Source: Pseudomonadota bacterium (GTDB lineage Bacteria; Bdellovibrionota; Bdellovibrionia; Bdellovibrionales; Bdellovibrionaceae). From it: a stretch of 64,000 nt of DNA. Below are positions 1 to 9,076 of this stretch, in pieces. The notes below the pieces were generated by a model. That model saw nothing but the letters and a program-made list of their open reading frames with translations. It made no database searches and was not told where the DNA came from. Position numbers and translations under genes: made by a program. The stretch's first letter is position 1. Every line of letters begins with the position of its first letter. The stretch covers positions 32,001 to 96,000 of the forward strand of contig JBEGVH010000016.1 of the NCBI GenBank assembly GCA_041178425.1. The letters run 5' to 3'.

Positions 1-6
1 ACGAGA

Positions 7-447
7 ATGGACCATTCAAGAGCTTTCGATCGGGGAGATAGCCTATGGATAATCCCTCATGACTCGAGTTCTTACTGGTATCAGCGCTTGAATTGGCTTA
101 CCAATTTTAAACTCACGGCTAATGAGCTGCACTCGCGGCCTAAATTAGACCCCTGGCTGCTAAAACTCTTAGACACCTGCGACATTAAGGCACCTGAAAT
201 ACCGATTGCTGATCCACTTCTCGTTCCTGTAGCACAGTGGCTTCCAGCGGATTGGCTTATTATTCTCCCCTATTCTTCTCCAAATGACTCTCAGTTTGTT
301 CAAAAAATTAAAGAGGTGTGGGAACAATTTCAACGTCCCGCAATGAGAGTCTTTGTTCCCAAAGACATTTCTTCCAAGAACCTTGAATCACTTTGGATTC
401 GACACAAAATAACTAACCAAGCTACTTTTGTCTTCGAAACAGAATAA
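7..447 (+). CDS. Hypothetical protein (5' context cut by the window edge)
   Basis: 146-aa ORF, co-directional with the next two genes; no recognisable motif. Confidence 0.6.
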   Translation: MDHSRAFDRGDSLWIIPHDSSSYWYQRLNWLTNFKLTANELHSRPKLDPWLLKLLDTCDIKAPEIPIADPLLVPVAQWLPADWLIILPYSSPNDSQFVQKIKEVWEQFQRPAMRVFVPKDISSKNLESLWIRHKITNQATFVFETE

Positions 448-500
448 TGATGCAGGCACTGCTTTCTTGACCATCGCCACCTATGCTCTAGACTTCTTGT

Positions 501-1055
501 ATGAGCATTATTTCAACAGATAAAATTAAAAGTAGTCTTAAAAAAATCGAGGCAGAGGTCCAACATTTACTCGAGCTTAAGCCAACGCCGATTGATTTGT
601 TTGAGGTTTCCACCGACTTCGAGAATGACCGATTTCAAATTCAAGCTAACGATAGAGAAGAGTTCTATATTCTTCTGTTCTCGAGACTGTCCCAGTCCTT
701 TGAGAAGGGATTTCTTTTAGAAGCTTCCAATAACTATTCAGATAAAGCTTGGACCTGTGCCCTTCATTTTTCTGAGGGAAGTATTTCAGTTGCTGAACAT
801 CCGATTCCCGTCGAAATCACAATCCCTTCGCCCGGACCAAACAAAGTGATAAAAGCTAGTCCGCTTGAATGGAACTTAAAAACAGTCTCTTGGAAAACCT
901 TGATTCCCGTTGGCAGAGAATGGTCTGCACTCCTTTTTGAGATCTCGCCGGATATTCGTTTTTTATTTATAACTCGTTTGGCTGAACCATGGCTCCAAAT
1001 TCAAACGGAAAAAGCTCACCAGTTTATTGAAAGGGCGCTATCACTTCAACCATGA
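501..1055 (+). CDS. Hypothetical protein
   Basis: 184-aa ORF; stop overlaps the next start (ATGA at 1052-1055), suggesting translational coupling. Confidence 0.7.
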   Translation: MSIISTDKIKSSLKKIEAEVQHLLELKPTPIDLFEVSTDFENDRFQIQANDREEFYILLFSRLSQSFEKGFLLEASNNYSDKAWTCALHFSEGSISVAEHPIPVEITIPSPGPNKVIKASPLEWNLKTVSWKTLIPVGREWSALLFEISPDIRFLFITRLAEPWLQIQTEKAHQFIERALSLQP

Positions 1056-1888
1056 ATAAAGGAACTATATACATCATTTCAGATAGCACCGGAGAGACCG
1101 CGGCCACAATGACCAGAGCCGCTCTTGTTCACTTTCCAGAAATCGACATTACCATTGTTCGTTACAAAAATATTCGCAGCGAGCATCAAGTTGAAAGCCT
1201 CGTTGATGAAGCTTTTCAATCTCGGGCCATGCTTATCTATACCGTTGTATCTCCACAATTGCGGAATAAGATTCGCGATCTGGCTGGAGAAAAAGGTCTG
1301 GTCTTTTTTGATCTACTCGGCCCTCTACTCGGCCAACTTGGTTCTTACTTAGGCGCTTCTGACGAACAACATAAAGTCGGCGCGCTCAGAGCCGTAGACG
1401 AACGATATTTCAAAAGAATTGAAGCGATAGAATATACCGTGAAACACGACGATGGAAAATGTCTCACCGATTTAGATAAAGCCGATATTATTCTCGTGGG
1501 TATTAGCAGAACAAGTAAAACGCCACTTTCAATCTTTTTGAGTCATAAAGGCTGGAAAGTAGCAAATATTCCCTTGGTTTTAAATCAAGCGCTTCCCGAA
1601 GAATTATTTAAAGTTGATCAGCGCAAAATTGTAGGTTTATTGATTGATCTCCCAAGTTTACAAAAAATCCGCCGTAATCGACTAGAAAAGTTTGGTACTG
1701 ATCCTGGTGGTGAGTACGCATCGATGTCCTACATCGAAAATGAACTCGCATATGCAGAAGAACTCTTTCGAAAAAATAAACGGTGGCCGATATTTAACGT
1801 TACCGAACGGGCACTAGAAGAAACGGCAAGCGAAATTACTCGAATTGTTGCTACACGTATGGGCTGGCCCGATTCAGCCCTTTTTTAA
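1052..1888 (+). CDS. Pyruvate phosphate/water dikinase regulatory protein (kinase/pyrophosphorylase, DUF299 family)
   Basis: N-terminal ISDSTGETA, RIEAIEYTVKHDDG and P-loop GISRTSKTP, then ANIPLV. Confidence 0.93.
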   Translation: MNKGTIYIISDSTGETAATMTRAALVHFPEIDITIVRYKNIRSEHQVESLVDEAFQSRAMLIYTVVSPQLRNKIRDLAGEKGLVFFDLLGPLLGQLGSYLGASDEQHKVGALRAVDERYFKRIEAIEYTVKHDDGKCLTDLDKADIILVGISRTSKTPLSIFLSHKGWKVANIPLVLNQALPEELFKVDQRKIVGLLIDLPSLQKIRRNRLEKFGTDPGGEYASMSYIENELAYAEELFRKNKRWPIFNVTERALEETASEITRIVATRMGWPDSALF

Positions 1889-1908
1889 AATTGACTAAAG
1901 TGAAACGA

Positions 1909-2814
1909 CTAAATGCGATCTTGAGCCAATAGAGCGTTGTAGAAATAGTCAAACAAGGCTTGTTTCTCTTCATTTGGCTGAGCATAAAAAAGTAAGTCAA
2001 CTTGGTAACTAAAATCCTCAACATGGATCCTTTGAAGTCGCCCCAACTTTACTTGTTTTCTAATACTATGTGAGGGCAAAAATCCCCAGCCCAAACCAGT
2101 TTCCACAACTCTCTTTAAGGTGCCGACATTAGAGGACTCAAAAACGACTTTTAGATCAACTCCAGCGGCTTTGATTTTTTTATTCAAATTCTCATGAAAG
2201 GCTTGATATTCACCTTGAAAAAGTATGTGTGGGTGTTTGCCCAATTCACTTAGTCTTATTTCTCGAGGCACTCCCTGTTCCTTTCCAGAGGCCACCAACC
2301 AGAAATCTTCTTTTTGTAAAAATCGGCCCTGGATATCTTCTAATGAAATAGAAAACTCTTTTTCAAGATGGGGGGCAATGAGCACATCGATTTGATTTTT
2401 TTTGTAGAGCTTAATCAAATCATCAACTCGACCGTACTCCAATCTCATTTGAATGTCTGGATTATGCTTTAGAAGCTTGCCAAGTACACCTGTCATCAAA
2501 TGTAGACCTATCGAATTGAGACACCCAACCCTTAAATGTCCTGACAGCTTTGCGTTCATCATGGTCACAGAGGCTTCGGTCTGCTGTACCATTTGGAGAA
2601 TTTTTTTTGCCTGCTCAAACAAGAGCTCACCTTGACTTGTGGGCTTAATATGCCGAACTCCCCTGACTAGAAGTTCTACGCCTAGACCCTCCTCAAGGCT
2701 TCGGATTTGCTGACTTACGGCGGGCTGAGTGAGGTAGAGCTTGTCGGCGGCGGCTGTCATGCTACCTTCACTGACGACGGTCACAAAACTTTGTAGTTGG
2801 TAGAGGTTGATCAC
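1909..2814 (-). CDS. LysR-family transcriptional regulator
   Basis: HTH signature SMTAAADKLYLTQPAVSQQIRSLEE; start moved to GTG at 2814, which follows an AGGAGG Shine-Dalgarno. Confidence 0.93.
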   Translation of the reverse strand: MINLYQLQSFVTVVSEGSMTAAADKLYLTQPAVSQQIRSLEEGLGVELLVRGVRHIKPTSQGELLFEQAKKILQMVQQTEASVTMMNAKLSGHLRVGCLNSIGLHLMTGVLGKLLKHNPDIQMRLEYGRVDDLIKLYKKNQIDVLIAPHLEKEFSISLEDIQGRFLQKEDFWLVASGKEQGVPREIRLSELGKHPHILFQGEYQAFHENLNKKIKAAGVDLKVVFESSNVGTLKRVVETGLGWGFLPSHSIRKQVKLGRLQRIHVEDFSYQVDLLFYAQPNEEKQALFDYFYNALLAQDRI

Positions 2815-2879
2815 GATTAATCCTCCTGTATAATCTAAAATAAAAGCAGAGATTTCGACTTTTAACAAAAGAGAATTTC

Positions 2880-3614
2880 ATGAATTTTAGAAATTTAATG
2901 GCCTTTTTGTTTATTATTCTTACTAGCGTTTTCTCTGAAGCGAAAATGTTTAGAAACGCTTATCTTGCCTTCGAACTACCTGAGGGCTGGAACTGCGCCC
3001 TAGAAGCGACGGAGTGGATTTGTCGTAGCCAGGATACGGCGTCTGCGAAGCAAGCGATTATCATATTTACCGCTAAAGAAGTGGGCCCTACCGATAGCTT
3101 TTCCATCTACGAGCAAACAATTAACACCCCAAGAACTGTCAGTGACAAAACAGGAAAGGCTGTAACGTCGATGGTTGTGATGAAGGGAAAGCAAACTAAA
3201 ATCAACGATCAGCTTTGGATTGAGGGATTACAAAAAGGAAGTGAGATTCCCAATTATTTCACTCGCTATGTTGCCACAATTAAAGAAAAAATAGCTATCC
3301 TTGTTACTTTTAGTGCCCATGCCGATCACTATGCCAAATACTCAACCGATTTCTTTAAAGCCATACAGAGTCTTCGAGTAATTGCTTCGAAAAACCTCTT
3401 AGCTCAGCCCAGCGGAACTTCGGGTGGGGCCAATACCGCAGGCGTCTGGGGAGCCGCAAGTTCAGCGCCAGGTGGGTTAAGCATGACTGGCGAAGCGCCC
3501 TTTGGACGCCGCAAACAATCTAAATCAAACAATCTAACCTATATTCTGATCACCGTCGGAGCATTATTAGTAGCCGCCGGCGCCTTTTTCTTCTTAAGAA
3601 CACGCAAACACTAA
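2880..3614 (+). CDS. Exported protein with signal peptide, Gly/Ser/Ala linker and C-terminal membrane anchor
   Basis: Signal peptide ending SEA; C-terminal hydrophobic helix followed by RTRKH. Confidence 0.75.
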   Translation: MNFRNLMAFLFIILTSVFSEAKMFRNAYLAFELPEGWNCALEATEWICRSQDTASAKQAIIIFTAKEVGPTDSFSIYEQTINTPRTVSDKTGKAVTSMVVMKGKQTKINDQLWIEGLQKGSEIPNYFTRYVATIKEKIAILVTFSAHADHYAKYSTDFFKAIQSLRVIASKNLLAQPSGTSGGANTAGVWGAASSAPGGLSMTGEAPFGRRKQSKSNNLTYILITVGALLVAAGAFFFLRTRKH

Positions 3615-3647
3615 AAATAAAAAACCCACTAATTACTTAGTGGGTTT
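3614..3647 (-). terminator. Intrinsic terminator for csrA-fliW (possibly bidirectional)
   Basis: Inverted repeat AAACCCACTAA-ttac-TTAGTGGGTTT with an A-run on the left, which is the U-tract on the minus strand. Confidence 0.75.
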
Positions 3648-3675
3648 ATACAATAATCATACTTTATAAAGCCCT

Positions 3676-4206
3676 TTAAGTAGCAGCCTCAGGTCCTATG
3701 GGCCTAACAACAACGCCAAGATCAGAGACATTTGTTTGACTCTTGATCGAAACAGAAGGGTTCTGCACCACTCGCTGCTGCAATTTTGCAAAAATAGCCT
3801 CACGAATTTGCAACTGATTATCCTGAAGCACGCACTGACGAGCTAAACGCAGCTTCACATTCACCAAAATAGGAGCCTTCAAATTTGCCGTCATGAGGGT
3901 TGGATCCTCTGGAATTGTGATAATGGCGAAGGCTCGCGGGCGCTGTCCACCCTCAAGACGAAGCGACTCATTGTCTGTTTTTGTGAGCATTGGTTTATAT
4001 TCAGGAGCAAAAATTTCTGGTTCTAAAACTGGAAATGCAATATCGGGCACTTCGCAACTTTGTAGCCATGCAAAGATTTCGTCGTTAGGGTCATCAAGCA
4101 AAACAAAACGACGTAAATCATTAAAGCCAAGGATTCCCTCTGGAAAATTAATGACATCCTCTTGCGCGATCTGAACTTTTCCAAATCGTGTCGTAGTGAT
4201 AATCAC
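3676..4206 (-). CDS. fliW: Flagellar assembly factor FliW (CsrA antagonist)
   Basis: TTRFG, FPEGILGF, WLQS and TANLKAPILVN motifs; GTG start at 4206 after AGGAGG; next to csrA. Confidence 0.93.
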   Translation of the reverse strand: MIITTTRFGKVQIAQEDVINFPEGILGFNDLRRFVLLDDPNDEIFAWLQSCEVPDIAFPVLEPEIFAPEYKPMLTKTDNESLRLEGGQRPRAFAIITIPEDPTLMTANLKAPILVNVKLRLARQCVLQDNQLQIREAIFAKLQQRVVQNPSVSIKSQTNVSDLGVVVRPIGPEAAT

Positions 4207-4515
4207 AGTCCCTCCTGTTAAAAACCGTTTTTTGGCGATCATCCTTGGTTTTAAATCCAAAAAACGTCTTACCGATACTAGTTCAAATCGGCCATTCGTT
4301 TGCCCGATTGCCTCTGCAGAAATCTTAAAGACAAACTCTAATGCTCGCTTTGCAGATTCCACATTGAGACTCTTTAAATAGTACCCTGATTAAAATGTGA
4401 CTTTATTTTTGAAGGGAAACAAGATAAATCTAGACCTGCCTGATTCGACGCACAAAGCCAACCTCATCACTACAGTGGAGATTGGTTTGGATTACTTTAC
4501 CTTATGAAGTGCTAA

Positions 4516-4758
4516 TTAACCTGAATGCTCTTCTTTTTTTAACATTCTTGAAATCGAGCGAGTGACATCAGAAGTAGAACTAGCCGCTTGCTGGTTTTGC
4601 TCCTGAATTGCCATATAAACTTCTTCTCTGTGAATTTTAGTGTCCTTGGGAGCCTCGATACCAAGCCTTACTTGCTTTCCCTTGATTTGGACAACTCTAA
4701 TCTTGATGTGATCATCTATTGCAATGCTCTCACCAAGTTTGCGCGTCAACACTAACAT
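4516..4758 (-). CDS. csrA: Carbon storage regulator CsrA (FliW-type, with C-terminal helix)
   Basis: MLVLTRKLGESI...VRLGIEAPK...IHREEVY, plus the IQEQN extension typical of FliW-regulated CsrA. Confidence 0.97.
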   Translation of the reverse strand: MLVLTRKLGESIAIDDHIKIRVVQIKGKQVRLGIEAPKDTKIHREEVYMAIQEQNQQAASSTSDVTRSISRMLKKEEHSG

Positions 4759-4861
4759 GTTTACTCCTTCAACATCCAGGTCAAAGTCCTCGGATCAGTT
4801 TGATCACACTCTCAGAGCGATTTTTATAAATAATCGCTACTGATTGAGGATGACATCCTAC

Positions 4862-4888
4862 TTATCGGCAACTCTAAGTGGAACTGTA
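4862..4888 (-). promoter_or_regulatory. Sigma28 (FliA) promoter for csrA-fliW
   Basis: Minus strand TACA-N15-GCCGATAA against the consensus TAAA-N15-GCCGATAA. Confidence 0.8.
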
Positions 4889-4898
4889 GGTATTATTT

Positions 4899-5993
4899 CT
4901 ATTTTAGAAAGTCAAGGAGACTTGGTTGGATCAATCGGCCGGAAGTTTCTAAGCTAGCCTTAAGAGCCGATTCGGCTCTATGAATATCATTTACCAATTG
5001 GAAAACGTCTGCATCTTCTGTGAGCGAGGCCCTTGTCCGGGACTCAACCACTTCTTTTTGAAGGGATTCTTGGGTGCTGTTTAGAGTAGCAACTCGCGCA
5101 CCGACCTGAGCTCGACCTGAAATAACTTGATTGAAGGCTAAATCGATTTCTTCGAGACTGTCTTGAATACCCTTTTTGTTGTCAGTTTGCAGAGAAATGA
5201 CCAAATGGTTAAGAACCTCAAAGATATTGGCACCAGCTGTTTTTTTATATTCGGCGCCCTCTTGACCGTCATCGGGCCCCCCAACGGTCGCAATCCCTCT
5301 GGTGATCTTATCTGATCGGTGTACTTCTGCCAAAGGCACCTGCTGATTAATGCGCTCTTCTTCGATTAGTTGAGCCTCTTTGAACTTCTTAAGAGCGTCA
5401 GCCCCCCTCGGAACATCGGTCGCATCAACAGTGCCTTCGCTTGCACTTTCACCCAGGAAAATACGGTCACCTGGAATATTCATCGTTGAGTAGGCATCCT
5501 TATTGACCTGAATTTTTATTTCACCATTATCTCCATGATAGGTACCATCTTTTGAAAACGGTGCCTGATTGGTTCTGAACCCGCCAAAAATATACCGATC
5601 ACCAGCCTTACCGTTTGCTAACTGCAAGGTCTGCTTTAACAATTGCTCAACTTCTCGAGCTGCCACTTGTCGAGTTCCTATGTTGGCGGAAGCCTCACTC
5701 GCTTGATTTAGGGCTACTTCTTTGGCCCGACTTAGAATATCAGTCACTTCACTTAAAGATTGATCGGTAAAACTTAAAAAATCTCTCGCTATATCAATCG
5801 ATTTTAAAAATTGGCGTTGGTTTCTTTCATCGGATTTTGCACCGAGTACGCGAGTAGCTCCAAGAGGATCATCGGACGGCTTATTAATTCTACGCTGGGT
5901 GGAACTTTGCTCCTGCAAGTTATGCATTTCTAACCTGTTTCGTCCCAGGCTACTTTGAACTTGTTGAAGGGCCATTTTATCCGCGATTCTCAT
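4899..5993 (-). CDS. flgL: Flagellar hook-associated protein 3
   Basis: RINKPSDDP, LAN...GDRYIFGG, C-terminal SLLDFL; follows flgK. Confidence 0.95.
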   Translation of the reverse strand: MRIADKMALQQVQSSLGRNRLEMHNLQEQSSTQRRINKPSDDPLGATRVLGAKSDERNQRQFLKSIDIARDFLSFTDQSLSEVTDILSRAKEVALNQASEASANIGTRQVAAREVEQLLKQTLQLANGKAGDRYIFGGFRTNQAPFSKDGTYHGDNGEIKIQVNKDAYSTMNIPGDRIFLGESASEGTVDATDVPRGADALKKFKEAQLIEEERINQQVPLAEVHRSDKITRGIATVGGPDDGQEGAEYKKTAGANIFEVLNHLVISLQTDNKKGIQDSLEEIDLAFNQVISGRAQVGARVATLNSTQESLQKEVVESRTRASLTEDADVFQLVNDIHRAESALKASLETSGRLIQPSLLDFLK

Positions 5994-6019
5994 AAACTAA
6001 AGGAGTTCCTTTCTCATCA

Positions 6020-7429
6020 TCACATTGGCTTCAAGCCAAGAATAGTATTAAACATTTCATCGGCAGTTCTCACAATTCGAGCTGAAGCATCAAAGCTGCG
6101 CTGAAACTCGATCATTTTAGTCGCCTCTTCATCGAGACTGACCCCGCTGATACTCTCTCGAAGATTTGATAGTTGAGTTAAAATGTTTTTTTGTGATTCA
6201 CTTTCGTTCTTAGCTCTAGCCGCCAAAACCCCCACTTGGGAAATAGAGGCCCTGTAGTAGTCGTCAAGAGTTGCCGTCCCATCATTTAAAATGGGCAAGG
6301 ATTGCAACTTTGTGATGACGTTGGCAACCGTATTATCAGCAACACCCTTTTCTTTAATGCCCGTAACCACTCTATTGACATCTTTTTTGAGCGCGGCGTT
6401 TACACTCATCGTTGCCGCAGCTCCCTTTACGTCTTTTGGATCTTCGAAAAATCCGAGGCCAGGACGCCCGACGAGATCAACCCCTTGAGAATGCACTCGG
6501 TTAACTTCACTTGTTAAGGTATGAGCCAATGTATCGACTCGCTCTTTGAATTCTTCGATAGTCTTATCTCTAACCTCAATCAATGCACCAAGCTTACCAC
6601 CCGTAATGGTTTTTGTGAGAGGCACAGCTTCTCCGGCTGTTGTTTTAAATACTACATCTAAAATATCTCCATTGGCTGACGGATGAGTATCCAGCTCTAA
6701 AGCTGTAAAACCAGAAACAAGAATCGCATTTCTACCCGCAACGATCGTTACCTGTCCGTTATCACTTTCGGAGCAAGTAATATCGATTTTCTCATTTAAT
6801 TTTTTTAAAAGAAGATCTCGACGATCTCGCTCATCGTTATCAGGTATTCCCTGCATTTCGACAGCCGCAATCTTTTCGTTCAAATTGGCAATTTCTTTGA
6901 CCATCTGATTGATTTCAACCACATGGGTTTTAATTTGCATATTCAAGTCTTGCTGGGCACCCACAAGATTACTATTTACTCGCTGAAAATCCGATGCAAG
7001 AATTTGCCCTGCATCTCTGACGAAAGTTCTTGTGGCGATACTTTCAGGCGTATTTGCGAGCTCTCTAAAGGCATTAAAGAATTCACTCATATTTTGGCTG
7101 AGCCCCTTGTTCACTTGCTCATTGTAAATTTGCTCAACACTTGCAAGTGCCTCGGCTCGGGCATCCATAAAACCGCTGTTAGAGGTTTCCTTCTGAATTT
7201 GTTTTTCTAGATAGGGGTTATTGATTCTCGTGACCTGTGAGGCACGAGAGCCTGTTCCAATTTGTAAACGGCCGACAGAAAATGGGACGTTCGCTTGCAA
7301 CTCAACTCTTTGACGTGAGTAGCCCTCTGTGGATTTATTCGCGATGTTATGACCAACGGTTTGAAGGGCAGTCTGATTATTCATCATTGCCCTCTTACCT
7401 GTATCTATAAGGAGAGAAATCTTGGACAT
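6020..7429 (-). CDS. flgK: Flagellar hook-associated protein 1
   Basis: GHNIAN..TEGYSRQ and SISGVSLDEE motifs. Confidence 0.96.
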   Translation of the reverse strand: MSKISLLIDTGKRAMMNNQTALQTVGHNIANKSTEGYSRQRVELQANVPFSVGRLQIGTGSRASQVTRINNPYLEKQIQKETSNSGFMDARAEALASVEQIYNEQVNKGLSQNMSEFFNAFRELANTPESIATRTFVRDAGQILASDFQRVNSNLVGAQQDLNMQIKTHVVEINQMVKEIANLNEKIAAVEMQGIPDNDERDRRDLLLKKLNEKIDITCSESDNGQVTIVAGRNAILVSGFTALELDTHPSANGDILDVVFKTTAGEAVPLTKTITGGKLGALIEVRDKTIEEFKERVDTLAHTLTSEVNRVHSQGVDLVGRPGLGFFEDPKDVKGAAATMSVNAALKKDVNRVVTGIKEKGVADNTVANVITKLQSLPILNDGTATLDDYYRASISQVGVLAARAKNESESQKNILTQLSNLRESISGVSLDEEATKMIEFQRSFDASARIVRTADEMFNTILGLKPM

Positions 7430-7474
7430 CCTGTCCCCCTTTCTCTAACTCTCGCGAATAAAGGAATCCTTCCT

Positions 7475-7999
7475 TTAAGCTTCGCGACTGATTAGATGAC
7501 CCGAAACCTCTGAACTTTTATCTTTATAACCCTCTCGTCGATAAGTAACACCACCAGTGAGAGTCTCTTTTACGTTGTCAATCGCACCTCTGATTGAACC
7601 AAGAGCAGATTGAATGTATTGTTCGTTTTCTCGATTGAGCTCGGGAATTTTCTTCATCAGAATTTCTAGGGCAGCATGAATACTTCGAAGTTTATCGCCG
7701 CGAGCACTGCCAATCTTTCTAGCTATTTCAAGTAAGCGAGGTTGTTCGGGGTCAAGACCCAATTGCCCAGCCAAATCAGAGGCATATTTAACTCGCAGTG
7801 AATCAAGGCTCTTAAGACGTGAAAGAATGAGCTCTTTCTGCTTGTTGGACTCATCCATTTTTTCAACATCAGCCTTAATGAGAATTTCTTTTTCTTTTCT
7901 TAGAAGATCTAGCATCTGTCGATAGAGTTTGGTTATTTCTTCGAGATTATTTTCTAATTTTATGTACAAGCGATCTAGTGTACCTTCTTGAGCAATCAT
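7475..7999 (-). CDS. flgN: Flagellar export chaperone FlgN
   Basis: Helical protein of the expected size between flgM and flgK, with NxxN and a C-terminal TY motif. Confidence 0.85.
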   Translation of the reverse strand: MIAQEGTLDRLYIKLENNLEEITKLYRQMLDLLRKEKEILIKADVEKMDESNKQKELILSRLKSLDSLRVKYASDLAGQLGLDPEQPRLLEIARKIGSARGDKLRSIHAALEILMKKIPELNRENEQYIQSALGSIRGAIDNVKETLTGGVTYRREGYKDKSSEVSGHLISREA

Positions 8000-8036
8000 C
8001 CTTGATTCTCTCCTCGTTTTTTATTTTAAATAAAAT

Positions 8037-8348
8037 TTATTCGCCAAGCATTAAATGTTCATCAACCATTCGATCCGCGATAGCCTCGGAATCTATTTTA
8101 TATTTCCCTTCGTCGATCAGTTTTTGAAACTTAGCGACTTTATCCATATCTACATCAGGTGCGGCCATTGCTAGCTCTTTAATTTTCTTCATGTCTTGAG
8201 CACGCTGAGAGATATCTACTTTTGCAGCAGATGCTAGTTCATCGGGCCGCGATCCAACACCAGGAGTCTTTTTTCCTTTAATATCAATCTTGTCTATTTT
8301 CGCATTATCGAGTCCCGTAACATTGACCGGTGAGTTTTGAACCTTCAT
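8037..8348 (-). CDS. flgM: Anti-sigma28 factor FlgM
   Basis: VDISQRA...DKVAKFQKLIDEGKYKIDSEAIADRM. Confidence 0.92.
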   Translation of the reverse strand: MKVQNSPVNVTGLDNAKIDKIDIKGKKTPGVGSRPDELASAAKVDISQRAQDMKKIKELAMAAPDVDMDKVAKFQKLIDEGKYKIDSEAIADRMVDEHLMLGE

Positions 8349-8555
8349 GGCACCCTCCTGTGATGTGAGGCCATTCGACCTCTTTTTTCAGTGTATCAAA
8401 GTTAGACACTTTTGGCTTCTTTCGTACGACTTTTTTTTATTAGCTAGCCTAAAATCGAGTTTAATGGGTTTCTAAAACGCAGCGCTTAAAAAGTCCGGCA
8501 ATAGAAGCACGCCACTTCTGTCGGTTGCTAGATTTATGCCAAAGGAATTTTGAAC

Positions 8556-9074
8556 TTAAAAGTTGAATCCAAACTGGAGCAGACCAGGCCCTGCAAACAA
8601 GTAAGAGAGATAAAAATCGAATGTATCTCCCATAATGAAGAAGCCCAAACCGGAGTAACTACTGCCAAGAGCGCCCGACAACTTAAGATGGGGACCAGAT
8701 TGCACTGCAAGTCCCGCAAAAGATCCCACTTGTATATAAGGACGAATATTAGCTTGCCCCAAAATATATTTCACGTTGATTGCACCTGCCATATCTAAAT
8801 TAGCATGACTGCTGCTCGCGTTGCTAAAATAGCATCTTATCGAGCCATTACTGCCGGGTGTGCAATCTTCAGACTCTGTTGAATTTAAATAGCCCATCCC
8901 AAACTCAAAGGCCCACCGATACCACAATCGAGTAAAATTTAAACCGATGGCTGCATTGGGTGGATTATGGTAACCCATGCCCCAATACCAACCTGGCGGA
9001 CCAGCCAACGCTGTATTTGAAATCAGATAACTCATCAAAACAGAAATAGCTAAAACTCTTCTTACTGGCCACAT
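8556..9074 (-). CDS. Small outer-membrane beta-barrel-like protein
   Basis: Signal peptide ending ALA, alternating Gly/aromatic strands, terminal Phe (LQFGFNF); ATG at 9074 lies 2 nt after the flgJ stop. Confidence 0.65.
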   Translation of the reverse strand: MWPVRRVLAISVLMSYLISNTALAGPPGWYWGMGYHNPPNAAIGLNFTRLWYRWAFEFGMGYLNSTESEDCTPGSNGSIRCYFSNASSSHANLDMAGAINVKYILGQANIRPYIQVGSFAGLAVQSGPHLKLSGALGSSYSGLGFFIMGDTFDFYLSYLFAGPGLLQFGFNF

Positions 9075-9076
9075 AA

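Noticed and set aside
4207..4362. N-terminal extension of FliW in the ORF track
   Set aside because: Homology begins at the GTG at 4206, which has a strong SD.
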